Below are positions 11,665 to 26,310 of a stretch of 64,000 nt of DNA, piece by piece. The DNA is from Octopus bimaculoides. Its lineage: Eukaryota. How positions within the stretch are numbered: the first letter of the stretch is position 1; each line of letters starts with the position of its first letter. A program made the position numbers and the translations under genes. Location: positions 32,954 through 96,953 of the forward strand of contig NC_068983.1 in the NCBI RefSeq assembly GCF_001194135.2, given 5' to 3'. The notes beneath the pieces were generated by a model, which was not told where the DNA came from, did not search any database, and saw only the letters and a program-made list of their open reading frames with translations.

Positions 11665-12095
11665 TCATCATCATCGTCATCATCGTTTAACGTCCGCTTT
11701 CCATGCTAACATGGGCTGGACGATTTGACTGAGGACTGGTGAACCAGATGGCTACACCAGGCTCCAATCTAATTTGGCAGAGTTTCTACAGCTGGATGCC
11801 CTTCCTAACGCCAACCACTCNNNNNNNNNNGCTCCAATCTAATTTGGCAGAGTTTCTACAGCTGGATGCCCTTCCTAACGCCAACCACTCTGAGAGTGTA
11901 GTGGGTGCTTTTACGTGCCACCGGCACGAAGGCCAGTCAGGCGGTACTGGCAACAGCCACGCTCAAAATGGTATATTTTACGTGCCTTCTGCACAGGAGC
12001 CAGTCTAGTGGCAATGGCAACAATCTTGCGTGAATGTTTTTACACGTGCCACCCGCACAAGTGCCAGGAAGGCGACGCTGGGCACAGGTGCCAAT
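11665..12095 (-). mobile_element. RTE-clade LINE 3' UTR fragment, relatively young
   Basis: (CAT)n tail plus TTTAACGTCCGCTTTCCATGC; CpGs retained. Confidence 0.8.
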
Positions 12096-12419
12096 GTTTT
12101 CCTGACCTGTCTCTGATATAAGTTAGACACATGAAGGAAGCTTTTTATTTTACTAATATTTTCGACCTTTATATCTCTGTTCTTTGAATATGAAGCTATG
12201 TTTTCAGGGGAAATTGTTACTTTGAACAGTCTTTGTAATCCAACCATTTCTTGTTGGTTTGAGTCATCACTCATTAGTTTTACTTCATGTTGTAGGCCAC
12301 GATCTCTTTCATCATCATCATCTCTTTCTTTATATATATGGAATCTAAGTTCAAGTATTGTCTAGCAACTCTAACAACCATGATCAGGATGCTAGTTCAA
12401 AACAGAAATGTATAATGAT

Positions 12420-12625
12420 AATAGTTCTTTCTTTTATCGACACAAGGCCTGAAATTTTGGTGGGAGTGAGTTTGTTCATTACAGCACTCAACTGGTACTT
12501 AATTTATTGACCCTGAAAGGATGAAAGGCAAAGTTGACCTTGGCAGGATTTGAACTCAGAAAATGAAGACAGTTAAAATGCCACAAAGCATTTTGTCAGT
12601 CATGCTAACAATTCTGCCATATGTC
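12420..12625 (-). mobile_element. SINE with a Deu/Nin-like central domain
   Basis: TTTATTGACCCTGAAAGGATGAAAGGCAAAGTTGACCTTGGCAGGATTTGAACTCAG, also at ~25690, 38840, 40680 and 56470. Domain name is from memory. Confidence 0.65.
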
Positions 12626-12659
12626 CCCACTATTCTACAATACGTGTGTGTGTGTGTAG

Positions 12660-12810
12660 TTAGGGATGCCACACACACGATCATGAGATCATGGTTTCAG
12701 TTCCCTGACTGGCTGCACATTGTGTTCTTGAGCAGTTGGCTCAGTTGTAAATGGATGACCCTGTGATGGACTAGCCTTCTGTTCAGGTAGACTGTTAGCC
12801 TTCTCACCTA
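12660..12810 (+). mobile_element. Decayed SINE with a V/Meta-domain-like core
   Basis: B-box-like GGTTTCAGTTCC, then GTAAATGG...CCCTGTGATGGACTAGCCTTCTGTTCAGG. Confidence 0.45.
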
Positions 12811-13564
12811 AAATAATCAGCAATGTATAACAACATCTGATAATCTGGCCAATCACATAATATGTATGTCCCTACTATTCTGTAATATCTTTGTTTCCAC
12901 TATTGTATTTAACCGTATGCCAACCCTGTTCTTCAATATATCTCTCTGCCTGTGTCTCCAATAAATTGACTCTGGGTCATTAGTTAAGTGAGTGTGATGT
13001 TTTCAGATCTTTATTGAAGCAACTATGATGATAGATGTTGTCTTGTTCCACTTGCTTCAATGAGGATGTAAACTACTATATAATCCTGGTAAATAGAACC
13101 TCACTGAACTCTATGGCCAACTTCAGGGGAGGATCTGAATCAGAACTTGTTTCCTACTTCATACCTCTCACTAGTGCATTCCTCTACATCTATATGGTTG
13201 CCTGGCCAGCTAGGGACATCAGTGAACTCTCCCTCAAATCATGCTGTACCATCTTAAAAAAAGGAAAATCCATATGGGACACTTACTTGTATTGTAAAAA
13301 GGCATGATGGTCGTGGGTGGAATGCCTTTGTCCCATAACATCACACCCTAACTTCTGAATCTAAACAAACTCAAAAATAATTTGCATATTTGTATTTCAT
13401 TGACTGAAACTTAGAGTTGAAACCTCTATCTATTGAAATAGTCAAAGTAAATATTTGTTTTCACCAAATGAGGCCTAATTATAATTAAATGAAGTCCCCT
13501 GGAAGGGAATTTATGGCATTGTCAGAAATGTATGTAAGCAGTTTCAGATGTCATTAGTAATATG

Positions 13565-14199
<635 letters not shown>

Positions 14200-14209
14200 A
14201 ATAATAATA

Positions 14210-16640
14210 CTATTAATCCATTTTTTATTGGCTGCCCAGGCCACAGAAACATTTAGGACACTACAAAGAACAGTGGAGAGTTACATAGAAACATGTAAGC
14301 AATAAAACGATAACAATTTATATAAAAATCTTAATGGACAAAATCCCTTATAGGGAACGAAATTCCACTCTGTGGAAATCAAAGAACTGCACAGATCCAA
14401 AGTAGGGCCATCCCCACTACATTCACCTCACCACATCTCACCCCTTGCAAAAAATTTACTAGGAGGCAGTAAATCTCTTTCAACACTCACCTTCCTTTTC
14501 AAATGGAATTTTAAAAAGCCATTGTGGTTTTGGCCAAAGAGAAAAGCATCTGTCTTCAGCCCTTTCCGTCTCATGTATCATATAACCTCTTTCACCATAA
14601 CCACCAGACAGAGTAAAACTGCCTGACCTCCTCAAATGAAGGAAGAAAGCTGGGCAATATTTATGATGGAGTCAGCTGATAGCCAGATCCATCTTATGTG
14701 TGATAGCTGTTCAACATAACTTCACAAGTCGGCAATGGTCAAGCACTATATGAACATGTGCAGGACAGTTTCATTGCTCCGCATGCATATCAGGCACAAC
14801 ATTGTTGATGGTACCACCCTACCTGTAGAGTTTATTCCAAATCAGCAATGCCACCTCCCTTCTCTGCAGCATTACCAGGCCAGAGATTTTCATCAATACC
14901 AAAAGTTTTCCCCAAGACATTGCCTACCACTAATCTTCTATAAAACATCATGGTGGACCATCCACTGAATGCACTGCCTGACTGGCAGAAGGCTGTGAGC
15001 AGCCGACAATATTCAAGGAGCCAGGCACTCTCTTTCAGTTTATGCTTGATACAAGACTGCATCTCTGTCAAAGAGACAAGCTGTGGAAAAGCCTGTTTTA
15101 CAAATGGTGACCACACTTGTTTACTGATGAAGAAAAGCTGCAGATGTTTCAGCCTCAACATATGTCTGTGCCCAGTCTTCCACACAGCAGGTACTGGCAG
15201 CAATTGAACCATTTGACCAGCATAATATATCCCCTTCACAAAAAGCAAAGAAACAAATGCTCCATTCTGGTCTGCTATGAAGCAAGGTAAGGCATCACAG
15301 TCAGGCAGATGACAGATGCAACCTCTGCCTGACTCTTCAGGGATAGTTTCCTTTCATCCTGTTTCTAGATGAGACTAAGCACTCTTCTCGTCATCTCTTC
15401 CCAATTCTTGTTCACCTGAAAGTCTGAACATCAAGCAATTTAACCAGTTGAACACCCAACATCACTATTAGACAGTGCAAACCTGCCTCTCCAGCTGCTA
15501 AACTACAGGCCCAGTGACCTCTCCTGGTTAATTTTTGTTCTTGTCACCATCCTTTAGATTAGTGTCGATCACTTCAATGTGTTTGGTGTCCAACACCATT
15601 TCAGTAACATTGTCTATATATGCAAACATGAATCTAAATTCTTGGATTCGCAAGATATCCCTCAAAACCTCCAACTTCTGTGGCTTCAGAGTCAGTGTGT
15701 ACAGCAGGATGGGGAGGGGGGCACCCTTGACTGACCATTTGCATGATACTGAATAATTCCAACATGTAACCATTTACTCTGGCCAATGAACAAATATTGT
15801 ACATTGTAGTGATCCAGCCTCAGCCTCTGAAGATGGGACCAAAACCAGCCACAATGTATTGATGGTCAACCCTGTCAAAAGCTTTTCACTGATTTGAATC
15901 GATCAAAGTCCTGCCCATGCCAGATTCTTTACCCACATTCTATGATATATCATGTAGATGGAGGTTGTCAGAGATAGCTCTGTCTCGTATGACAGAATAT
16001 CGACAGCAAGCACCAACCTGTATGCTAACAGTTTTGTCGAAGTCTTCAACTCTGCATTTAGCAGTGTTATGGGCCTGAAATTGTTAAGTCCCTCTTGTTT
16101 TGGTCCTTTCTCAGCAGCACCATTACACCTCTTTTCACAGGATTGGGAATTCTCCCATTCTGTTGCCAGTTACAGTAGACAAATGCCAAGAGGCCCTTGA
16201 ACAAGTCTGGCATATAACGATAAGGCTCATAGGACAGAGCATCCAGCTTTGGCAACTTCTCCATCATGCAGCCCATCACCACTTCCTGCTATTACCAACA
16301 TTTTGCAGGACTCCACATGTCTAGTCAAGAACCACAGCTGGCCGTTAACAGTAGGCAGTAAAGTTCACCCCAAACACTTGAGCAAAATGGAAGCTGCACA
16401 TATTTGCCTAGAATCAAGTAGCAAATGCCTCCTGTGATAAATGAAAGACCAAATTGTGGCTTTGTTTATCATGTTGCGCCATTCAGGCCCAACAAACAGC
16501 TTTCATTTCTTCATGCTTTAGAGCATGCACCTAAGCTTTGACAATGCAACCTTCATACTTGGCATTGAAGGGTCAGTGAAGGGCCAATATCACCACTAGC
16601 ATATCAGTTGCAAAGCCTTTTCTTAGCACCTGTTTGTAGA
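14210..16640 (-). mobile_element. L1/Tx1-clade LINE, RT to 3' end, decayed
   Basis: KLPKLDALSYEPY...WQQNGRIP...GVMVLLRKD; NNFRPITLLNAELK; SVKGAPLPILLY...AYIDNVT. Confidence 0.85.
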
Positions 16641-17863
16641 TATTTTACACTTATGTTATTAATCTCCTTAGAAGAACCATGAACATCACATGTTATTACT
16701 CACTAACTCTGATCTAATTTGTGAGGTTTTGACACCATTTTCATTATTATCATTGTTCCAGATGGCTACTTCTGGTCTTGACTGATTATTTCTAGTTTGG
16801 AATCTTTTACTCCTAATTTCAGTTGATTTTGTACACACACACACACACACACACCTCCAGAAGGCTGCTGATGTAATTAGTAATTTGGGTTAAATCTATG
16901 GATTCCAGTGCCCTCATCACCTGTTTATGTCTTAAAACATTGTTGACATTATAATCTTTAATAAGTATCATCTTCACTTTCAGCATCACTATCATTATCA
17001 ACATCACCTCTGTTATTATTCTGTTATTATTGAATAATCTGCTGTAATAGCTACCAAATCTCTCAAATTCTGCAAAGCCATCTTAATAAGAAAAGGTAAA
17101 ACATGGATAACATTGCCCATGATGCAGCATGTCTGACTTGAAACTGAACAACAACATTTGAAAATCTTTGTTATCATTATCTCCTTTCTTTACTGCTATC
17201 ATCATCATCACCATCACCATTTTGCTTATATTGATATCTGGAAAAATGTTTCAATCATCTACATTGGAATTAAGCCTATCTTTGCTAAAGAATTCACTTG
17301 GCATTAAATAATGTTTGATCTCTACCACCACAGACCAGCAAACAACACTCCATTAGTTTCATGTTGCACTTTTTTCTGGAAATATGAGAAGCCAAAGCCA
17401 GTACAGCCTTCACCTACAGTTTGTTGGTGAACCTTCTAATAAATCCTGTTAACACTGAACAAGTTTTTCACCTGAGAATCAAACAGTAAAATATTTGGTA
17501 TATTTCTGTTCCATTTTTTAATGGAGTCCTGTTAGATGAAGGAGTGTCTTTAGATTTAAACTGTTTTTACTAATAAATCCAGTTTATAGTATACAAGCCT
17601 GCCATTATATCATCAAAACTGTCATTCTGTTGTTTTCCTATATTTATTTATTGGTTTATATCTAAAAATGTTTTCAACCTCCCCNNNNNNNNNNTACAAT
17701 TTCACTCCTTTACTTGGATTTAATTCATTTATCAAATGGTTCTCTCATGGTATTCCCAATAAGCACAAAAAAAAAATGAATTTTAAAAATTAATAATTAT
17801 TTATTGATTTTTCTAATTTCTATTTCCATTTCTGAATTTTTTTTTTTTTTTCTTATTTTATAG

Positions 17864-17908
17864 CGGAGGGAGAAGATAGTGCCCAGGATCCTTTGCAGGG
17901 CTTCTGAG
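17864..17908 (+). other. Candidate orphan exon (45-nt cassette, or terminal exon EGEDSAQDPLQGF*)
   Basis: Long T tract plus TAG acceptor at 17861-17863; GAG|GTTAGT donor at 17909; AATAAA at 18348 and 18352. Confidence 0.3.
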
Positions 17909-20225
17909 GTTAGTGAAAAGGAGAGAATAAGGAAAATATGTCTCTAGGGTTGTCAACCGAAACTTTCTTAACTAAAATGAATCATGAAGCTAATTGTTTT
18001 CTTTACTAATGAATGATCTGAATTCATTAAACTATTGTCATCCTGCATTCAATATTAAACCATAAGTATTTGATAAGCATTACCCAAGAATGGAGTAGTG
18101 GAGCCAGTGTATGGAAGTGTACATAGCAGTAAAGAAGTTGAGAGAAACCGTGGCTGCCTTCTTGGTATTGTTGGAGTGGTTATTAGACAGAATTTATTGC
18201 AACATTTGTCAGTTTGAGGAGTTTCTCTCTGGGAATGTCAACTAATCAAAACTAGTGTTTAATTAATGATCCATTTCTGAAAGAATCAGGCCAGAGTTGA
18301 ATGGTGTCCCCCACCCTGTGGCCTCACCCTACTGTAACAATATTAACAATAAATAAAGTATTTACTAACTTTTGATGACCTTTGATGGTCAAATATCTGG
18401 ACTGTTTTCATGATTTCATCAATCTGTGTGTATGTGTATATATGTTTGTGAGTGTGTGCATGCCTGTTTCTGTATGTGTGTGTTTGTGTGCATAGACACA
18501 TACACATACATACAGACATTCATACAAATCCGTGTGCGCACACATACATTATGCCTCGCACTCAGTCAAATGATTACTTTTCTTTGTTTAAAAGGCAAGA
18601 GGTGAGAGTTGGCAGAGAGCTAATGTGAGTCAGTGAAATAATTGATGTGACAAGTAACCTTATCATACTTCACCACCACCACCACCACCACCACCACCAA
18701 CATGTCTGTGATGTTTGTTGAATAAGGAAGAATTTCCCACGTGTGCTTCTTCGGCTGCCTTAGATTTCACTTTTAAATTGATAAACTTTCAGCTGTATCT
18801 CTCTCCACTTCCACTGTTTTCACTGATCAACTTTTCTCTAAACTACATTCTAAATTTATTCTTATATTTCTCCTTTACTTACTTCTTATGAAGCAAATAA
18901 AGGAATTGCCTAGAATGACCTTAACCATGATGACTAATTCCAGTTCAGCCCACCTTTAATAACTATTTTATTTTTCTATAGAACAAGGTGCAAAACACCT
19001 AACTTATTCACTCCAGAGTCTCAATATATTTCATGACTGTGAAAGGGGAATCATTTAAAATTACAACCCTGGGGTTGTTGATTTACCTGTAGGAATTCCA
19101 TTCAGATACTTTCTCTATTGAAGAGACTCAGCTGAAAGATTTAAGTTCATCTCTCCTTTGCATCTCTCCTTTCTACATACTCTCCTTGTGTTTAATTTTA
19201 TCACAGTCCATCAACAAATCTCCCAGACTGTGTGTCTAAACGTTATGTGCTCATCTCCTCTTACTCACCATTAAAGAGTGAATAATACAGTGAAATCACA
19301 CAATAAAACAGCACCATCCACCGATGCTGTCAAAATATCATCAACCGATGTTATCTGTGCTTTTTAGTATTTCTAGTCTCCACAAGATGGTTTCTCAAGA
19401 TGTTTACCACAGTCCTAGACGTTATGAATAACACATCCAAGTAAGGTTGGATGTGCTGATTAATATTCATTACAAAAGCTGCTTCTGTTGCTAATACCTA
19501 AGTTGTGTGTGTGTGTGTGTGTGTGTGTNNNNNNNNNNNNNNNNNNNNNNNNNNNNNNNNNNNNNNNNNNNNNNNNNNNNNNNNNNNNNNNNNNNNNNNN
19601 NNNNNNNNNNNNNNNNNNNNNNNNNNNNTATATATATCCAAATTGAGAGAATGGTGCAGGTAAAATCCAGGTTATATATATATAATAATAATAATAATAA
19701 TAATTACTCATTGAATAATTATTTCCTAACTAGCAGAACCTCAGAAATAATAATTACTCAATGAGGGGTACTCCATGAGCTACTCATCAAAGGATACATT
19801 GCTGTCAAGGGATCCCAAGTTAACTTGCAGGAGACGTGATCAAAAATGAATGGTGAAGGAGGGAGTGAGAAAACAAAATAGAAAAAGATTAATGTAAAGA
19901 AATAAGATATGGGAATGTGTAATTGTCTAAAGTTGTTACGAGAGTAAGACTAAAGAAAAGAAGAGGGGTAATTTGGTTAGGGGAAGGTCTTTGTACATAT
20001 AAGGCTGGGGTCATTTACTGTGTCCATGGTAAATAAGTAAATAAATATATTGTGGCACTGTATTAATCATTTCTAGTTGTTACTGATGCTGCCAGCAGCT
20101 TAGTGGGTCCTCTTCTAAGGAACTGAAACAATCCCTCGATCTACAGCTAATGAGAGGGATTTTTCTAGTTGTTTCACTTGTGTCACACAACATGAAAATC
20201 AACATAATGATTTATAGTTAAGATA

Positions 20226-21210
20226 ATGAATAACATACGCCCCCCCCCTCCCCCGTGTGAACCCTACAAAACAAGGAAATATGTACAAAATTTCATGCAC
20301 TCTGGATATGACCAGAAATATAGGACTCGGGTATACAGGGGAGCTAGAAAGAAGTTAGATAGCATTATATGTAATGAAACCAGTGGTACCTGCCGTAAAT
20401 ACAGAAAATGGGAATAGGATACAGAGAGTTTGTGACAAAGCAAACAGGGTGAACACATGGTACAAGGCCGACAAATACCAAGGAGGGGTGCTTGTAGAAG
20501 CCACAGCCCATGGAGAACTAGTTCAAAGATTTAGGAAAGCTCTGAAGGAGATCAAACTCAACATTAAGATCGTTGAAAAGCTCAGATCACAGTCATATAG
20601 GACATACTCCTTTGAGAATACCACATACATAATGAGAACTGCATGGTATACAAGATTAACCCAGGCATTAACTGTAGATCTAGAAATGTAGTCTACAGCA
20701 GAGGGTGCTTGTAAAGACAAGAACATGACATACACTGGTGAGACATCTGGAAGCATTGCAGAGAGATTCAACAGACATTTGAGACAATCTAACTACAAAA
20801 AGCAGTCCTCCATACTCTGTCAACATGGAGGTACACTGAGTTCACTTGACATCTGCATTTTAACCAAGCACCCAAAGGACCCAACACTCAGACAAATACA
20901 GATGTCCTCATAAATGAAACATCCCCTGTACTAAATAGGGGATACATGTAGAAGGTAATGATATCCCAATACCCACAGTTTATACATACATAGGTAGATT
21001 TGTTAGTAGGCTGTTATGTAGGTAAATATATATACTTAGGGTTGGCCAGAAGTCAATATAAATACATAGGGTTGGACAATAAATCAAAATTCCATAAATA
21101 CTATCTATAATTCTGTATTGACTCAAATTGAAAAATGTGTCACTCAAGAAGGACTTCAGTTGGAACAATTTTCATGCTTCATATTTTATTAAATTCATTC
21201 AGTTGTTAAA
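20226..21210 (+). mobile_element. Penelope-like element 3' part with GIY-YIG endonuclease, decayed
   Basis: VQNFMHSGYDQKYRTRVYRGARKK; linker; VVY...MTYTGETSGSIAERFNRH; degenerate hammerhead-like CTCAAGAAGG...GGAAC at ~21143. Confidence 0.8.
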
Positions 21211-21744
21211 CATAAATTTTGGAATTAAACAGCTTTGATTTACTGTCACGCAACTTTTGGCCAACTCTGTGTATAAGTAGGTAAATGGATATTTAGGTAC
21301 ACAGATAGGCAAGTAGATAGATAGGTACATAATACAAACACACACACACACAAAAGATGGAAACACATGACCATATACACACACGCACATACATAACAGA
21401 TACACGTACATAGTCACACAAACCCATAAACATAGACACACATACACACAAATATGCTCACACAAATATATGTAGAATACATACAAACGTACATACATGT
21501 ATATATATATATATATGCATACATAGACACATGCATACACATGGAGACTAAAGTACACACATGGGCGCAAACCAACAAAAAGAATGCAGCTCCAATAATG
21601 GACAGCATCGATAACTATTGAAGAGGTTGCAAGAAGCAACAAAAATTTTAAGAAATAATTAAATGAGTGGAAATTGAACTGGTGAGAGTGTTAATTAAAA
21701 ACGCATTAAAACAGAATGATTCTCTCCAGACAACAATAAATATA

Positions 21745-21765
21745 TATATATAGAGAGAGAGAGAG

Positions 21766-21832
<67 letters not shown>

Positions 21833-21861
21833 NNNNNNNNNNGAGAGAGAGAGAGAGAGAA

Positions 21862-21930
<69 letters not shown>

Positions 21931-21950
21931 AAGATAGATAGATAGATATA
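21745..21950. repeat. (GA)n microsatellite spanning a small gap
   Basis: Directly visible. Confidence 0.97.
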
Positions 21951-22429
21951 TATGTAATAATAATATTAGGGCTAAAATCCAAAATTACAGGTAAAAATTC
22001 AAACTCAATTTATTAAAAATTATATTATACCTATTTATTGTGCTTTTGAGTTCTATAGATAGTCTAGGCTGTATTTTCCGGCTCGGAATTTCTGGAACCA
22101 CCTTTGACACTGGCTTACACTTATTGTCCAATTCCCATATACAGCATTAATATTCCTCGCACTTTCCGTTGCGTTGTTGACTTTATCGAACTCATAAAGC
22201 AAAAATATGCTGAATATGTTCCTTTGCCACTTCCATTGTAGCTTTAAAAAAAAGAACTGTTAAACTCGAACTGCACTCTTCAAAACTTGCACTAAGAATA
22301 AGCACAAGGTAAAATTAATACTTGCTTTCATAGCAAGTTGATGCAGACAGTTTATCCCATCCCCCGCCGACTTTTACTACATGCAATTGCAAAAAGCACA
22401 TTATTTGTGGGATGATCCAATATGTTTGT

Positions 22430-22620
22430 GTGGTTGTCTCCTATCACCACTTGATGACTAGTGATAGTATGTTTACATCCCCATAACTTAGCAATTTGAC
22501 AAAAGTGAGTGATAAAGTGCCATGATTAAAAATAAACAAGCACTGGGGTCGATTCATTTGACTAAAATACTTTGAGGTTGTGCCTAAGCATGGCCACATT
22601 CTAGGCTGAAACAAGAGATA
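22430..22620 (+). mobile_element. SINE 3' tail, decayed
   Basis: TTTACATCCCCATAACTTAGC...GGGGTCGATT...AGCATGGCCAC...CTGAAACAAG; same family as 42447-42830, also ~30000-30170 (-) and ~50160-50230. Confidence 0.7.
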
Positions 22621-25600
22621 CACACACACACAAACTGAAATCACTTTTTGCAAGGTCCATTCGCAACTAACCCTGTGCAAGGAATTAAGGGAACAAAAGA
22701 GACGCCTCTGTCAATAAAGTATGCCTCTATTTGGGACTGGATAATGGTTAACCTGTTGGATACCCGACTGAAGAGATGGTGTTGCAAAATCTCAATTTTG
22801 CAGAGGAGCAGCAAATAGAAACCATTGAAAAGAAATAGTCAGATACACTGCTTAGTATCATGTTAAGCCAGTACAAACTGCCTTGTGGTTGATGATTAAA
22901 TCAACCAACCGACCAAGTTTAGCAGGAGGATTAAATAAGGGACGAGGAAGCTAATGACCAACCTGAATAGGAAGTCTGCCAATAGGAGGATCACATGACA
23001 CAGCAAGACTCAAATGCCATACTGGACCATTGGAAAAGGTTGTCTCTTGCTGTTCATTTATGATGGCATCGTTAGGCAACGAGTTGTAACAGATTAGTGA
23101 TATTAATGGCCTTCAGAGAGACAAAAGTCAAAAAGTAAACCATGGACAAAATGTAAAAGAATGGAACTAAATATTGTGAAACATAGAGTTCAAAGTCCCA
23201 CTCATCTTTTAAAAAAATCTCTTAATAATAAAACCACAATTAGGGAAAGAAAGCAAACATGTTAAGATCTTTAAAGCTATTGGTTAAAAACAGGGCTCAT
23301 TCTCTGAGTTAAAGATCTGAGATAAAGGGTCAGTAGCGACTATTTGATGGTGCACAACATCATGAGAAAGAAGCTGAAAAAAAGAGAATGATGTCATTTC
23401 TTCACATGGACGCTTTAGATAAATACCAAAGGAATGCCAGGTCAATCCCCAAACGTCAGGTTCTCCCACCCCCACCCACCTCTTCTAAAAGATGAAATGC
23501 ATCCATCTTAGTTTGAAACCTTTCTGAAAACACTTATCTACAATTTGAAATGTATGAAGGGGGTGAAGAGGAAATATTTTTTTGCATCAACAGATTTATG
23601 AACGAGAATTTGTGATGTTGATGCCGTGCTCAAATGGCATTAGTGACATGGGTAAAAATTGCTCAAATCCAGTTAAACCAGGTGAATCTTAATACGTGTG
23701 CGAAATTCTAAAAATCACTTTACTGTTATTTTAGAATTAAGGCCAAGGTCTCCTGATTTCGCTTCTCTGTCTTTACAATAAGATCACCGCAAGCTCCTAT
23801 TTCAAAAAAAAAACATACTTAAAGCTACTATCACAATCTAGAATTTATATTAATGGATTGTTTTGCACAAGCGTACCTGGAGAGGGTTCGAGAGAGAAGT
23901 CCGCCCTGGACGGCACTTTTATGGAGGCGGTACCACTTTCGGGTCTGCTGTAGGCAATATGTATTTCTTGTGGGTGCCCGGGGTCGGCGAATTGAGGGGG
24001 CGCCCAAGGTGGCACACACTCTAGCTACTTTAGTGCTGCTGTGACGTATATGCATTTCTAATGTGTGTTAACAGGGAATAGTAATTCGATCTAAGAGTTC
24101 GGTACGTGGAGAGAGAACAATAAAGCGAGCTTAAACCCCTAATGATGTCGGATAGCAACCAAAAGATTAAGCTACATGAAAATACCAAACAAACATAACA
24201 AAGATTAAAAGGGGAGCGAAAAAGAAACTGTGCTCTTTCTTAATGAATGACGTGGTTTAATAAAAGGGGGGGAGAGAGCTACCAAGGGGATAGAGAGGTT
24301 TTATCATACACTACAAAAATACCTTTCTTCCTTGACAACTTGGTGTGTAGCGCGATATGTCAACATGTCCACATCATTTGATAATAAAGAATAAATAAGG
24401 AAACAGAAAACAAATTTATTTTGGAATTGTTTTCACTCCATGTCCTTCAATTAAAAACTAATGAATAACAAAGCATAAACAATTAGAGTGATAATGAAGG
24501 CAGTGAAGGTTTCGATTCCATCTGAAACTACTTCGAATATAAACAATTCTTTTACATCCAGTTGGAGACTAATCTCTTTTTCAGCAGCATTTCCGAATCG
24601 TTTGCATTCGGTTATTTAATTTAAAAAGTGTTTAAACAGAGGAACTTAAAATTTTGTAAAGAAAACGAGAAATTGTCACGTTTTTGTCTTTTTATGTTGA
24701 TATTAGATACTAGAGATTTAACTAGAAATCGAAACCGTGTCGTGAAATGGTTTGCTAATAATCGACTGTGGCACCTGTCGCGACCGAAAGAGAGAATGCA
24801 AACAAGGAACCAACATGTAAAAAAAAAAGGGTTTTGTTATGGAAAGAAAATGGAGAAACAACTGAGGGATGAGAAACCTTTAGAAATGTAGACTTAATAA
24901 GGGTCAGAGAGATAGAGAAAAGTGAGAATGAGAGAGTAGACAAAGAAACAGAGAGAGAGATTAGAGAGAGGGAGACAAAAAGGAACAAATAAAGAGAGGG
25001 AGGCAGACAGAAGAAAAGATAGAAGAGAGAGAGAGGAGGGCAGACAGAAAGAGAGAAAGAGGGGGAAGACAGAAAGAGAGAGAGGGGGCAGACAAAAAGA
25101 GAGAGAGAGAGTGTGCGAGTGTTTAGAGGAAAATAGGTTTTAATAATGAAAAATAAATAATTAGAAGCAGAAATAATTCTGCAAATAAGAAAATTATTAT
25201 TGAAGTTTAATTAGCCGAAAGCTTTTATAAATAAAGAGTCAGGTTAAAATAAGAAGAGGCGGCAAAGAACAGGTCGAAAACAAAGCGGTTTTCGAAATGA
25301 GTGCAGGTCAACGACCTGCAGCAGTCATCGTCGTGGAACAATAATAACATTAGAAAACATTGAACTGTTCTAGTTTAAAACTGAGAACGGTGTGGGGGTT
25401 CCAACCACGACCATCCTATCTTTTTTTTCTGTATAATGTTTATGGCTAAAGTGTCTGTCATTTCAAGAAATTCAAGGAGTTAATTTGAAGTAAATTCGGC
25501 AACTATTTTTCACAAATCCAACGAGGCACTTCGATATATATTCGGGGTTTGTTTTGTAATTGTGTATAGGACGAGGTAGAATTTGAACACGGAAACAACA

Positions 25601-25859
25601 CAACAAAAACTGTTGTTTCTAATTCGGCAAAAGAGCAGCAATTTTGAAGAGAGAAGGGTCAATAGTATTTGGTCTCCTGTGTAGTTGAGTGGTACTTTAT
25701 TTTATCGACCCTGGACGAATGAAAGCCGGGATTTGAAAGACAGAAAGGTAACGTGAAATACAACAACATATCTACATCTATATAATCACAACATGGAGAA
25801 TTTTCATAAAAATAACTGGAGAGAGAGAAACATGAATGTGTTAAAAGTGTAAAACTTAC

Positions 25860-26272
25860 AAATTGTAGAAGAGACTTGGAAGCTGGAGATGTGAATGGCA
25901 CAAACAAACACGCGCGCACTGGCGGGCTGGAGGAGTAGGAGTAGTGGCCACGTGCTGTAGCGAGGAGGAGGAGACTGGAAGACAGTGTCAGCAGCTTGGC
26001 TTGAATTGAAAAGAAAGAGGGGAAAGTGACAGTCAGTGTAGTAGTGAGAGGAGGAGGAAGGAGGCAGTGTCAATGCTAAGCGAGGTGGGGAAGAGTCTGT
26101 CGGGTGATAAGGAAAGGAGGGGGAAATGCGTCTGCGTCGGTAGAGAGGGGAGGAGGAGGTTACGTCTGTGAAGGAGGAAGTGACTGTGAGAGGGAGAGGG
26201 AGTATATATCTGTGCGCTGCAGACGGAGCGGGGAAAGTGTTATGTCTGGCGATCTGGGGTTTCAGTGTATTT

Positions 26273-26300
<28 letters not shown>
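25860..26300 (-). promoter_or_regulatory. Candidate promoter / non-coding first exon of a leftward gene
   Basis: Non-repeat, CpG-rich, pyrimidine-rich on the minus strand; E-box CACGTG at 25949; perfect GTAAGT donor at 25859-25854. Confidence 0.35.

Positions 26301-26310
<10 letters not shown>

Noticed and set aside
11761-11890. Perfect 60-bp direct repeat around a 10-N gap
   Set aside because: Identical copies on either side of a minimal gap indicate an unmerged contig overlap.
19087-19131. Minus-strand splice-bounded segments (also 17414-17471) as coding exons
   Set aside because: Stops in all three frames; kept only as possible non-coding exons.
26248-26257. GGCGATCTGG resembling the 7SK 5' stem
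   Set aside because: No partner GATCGCC, no GGA start and no Pol III terminator.
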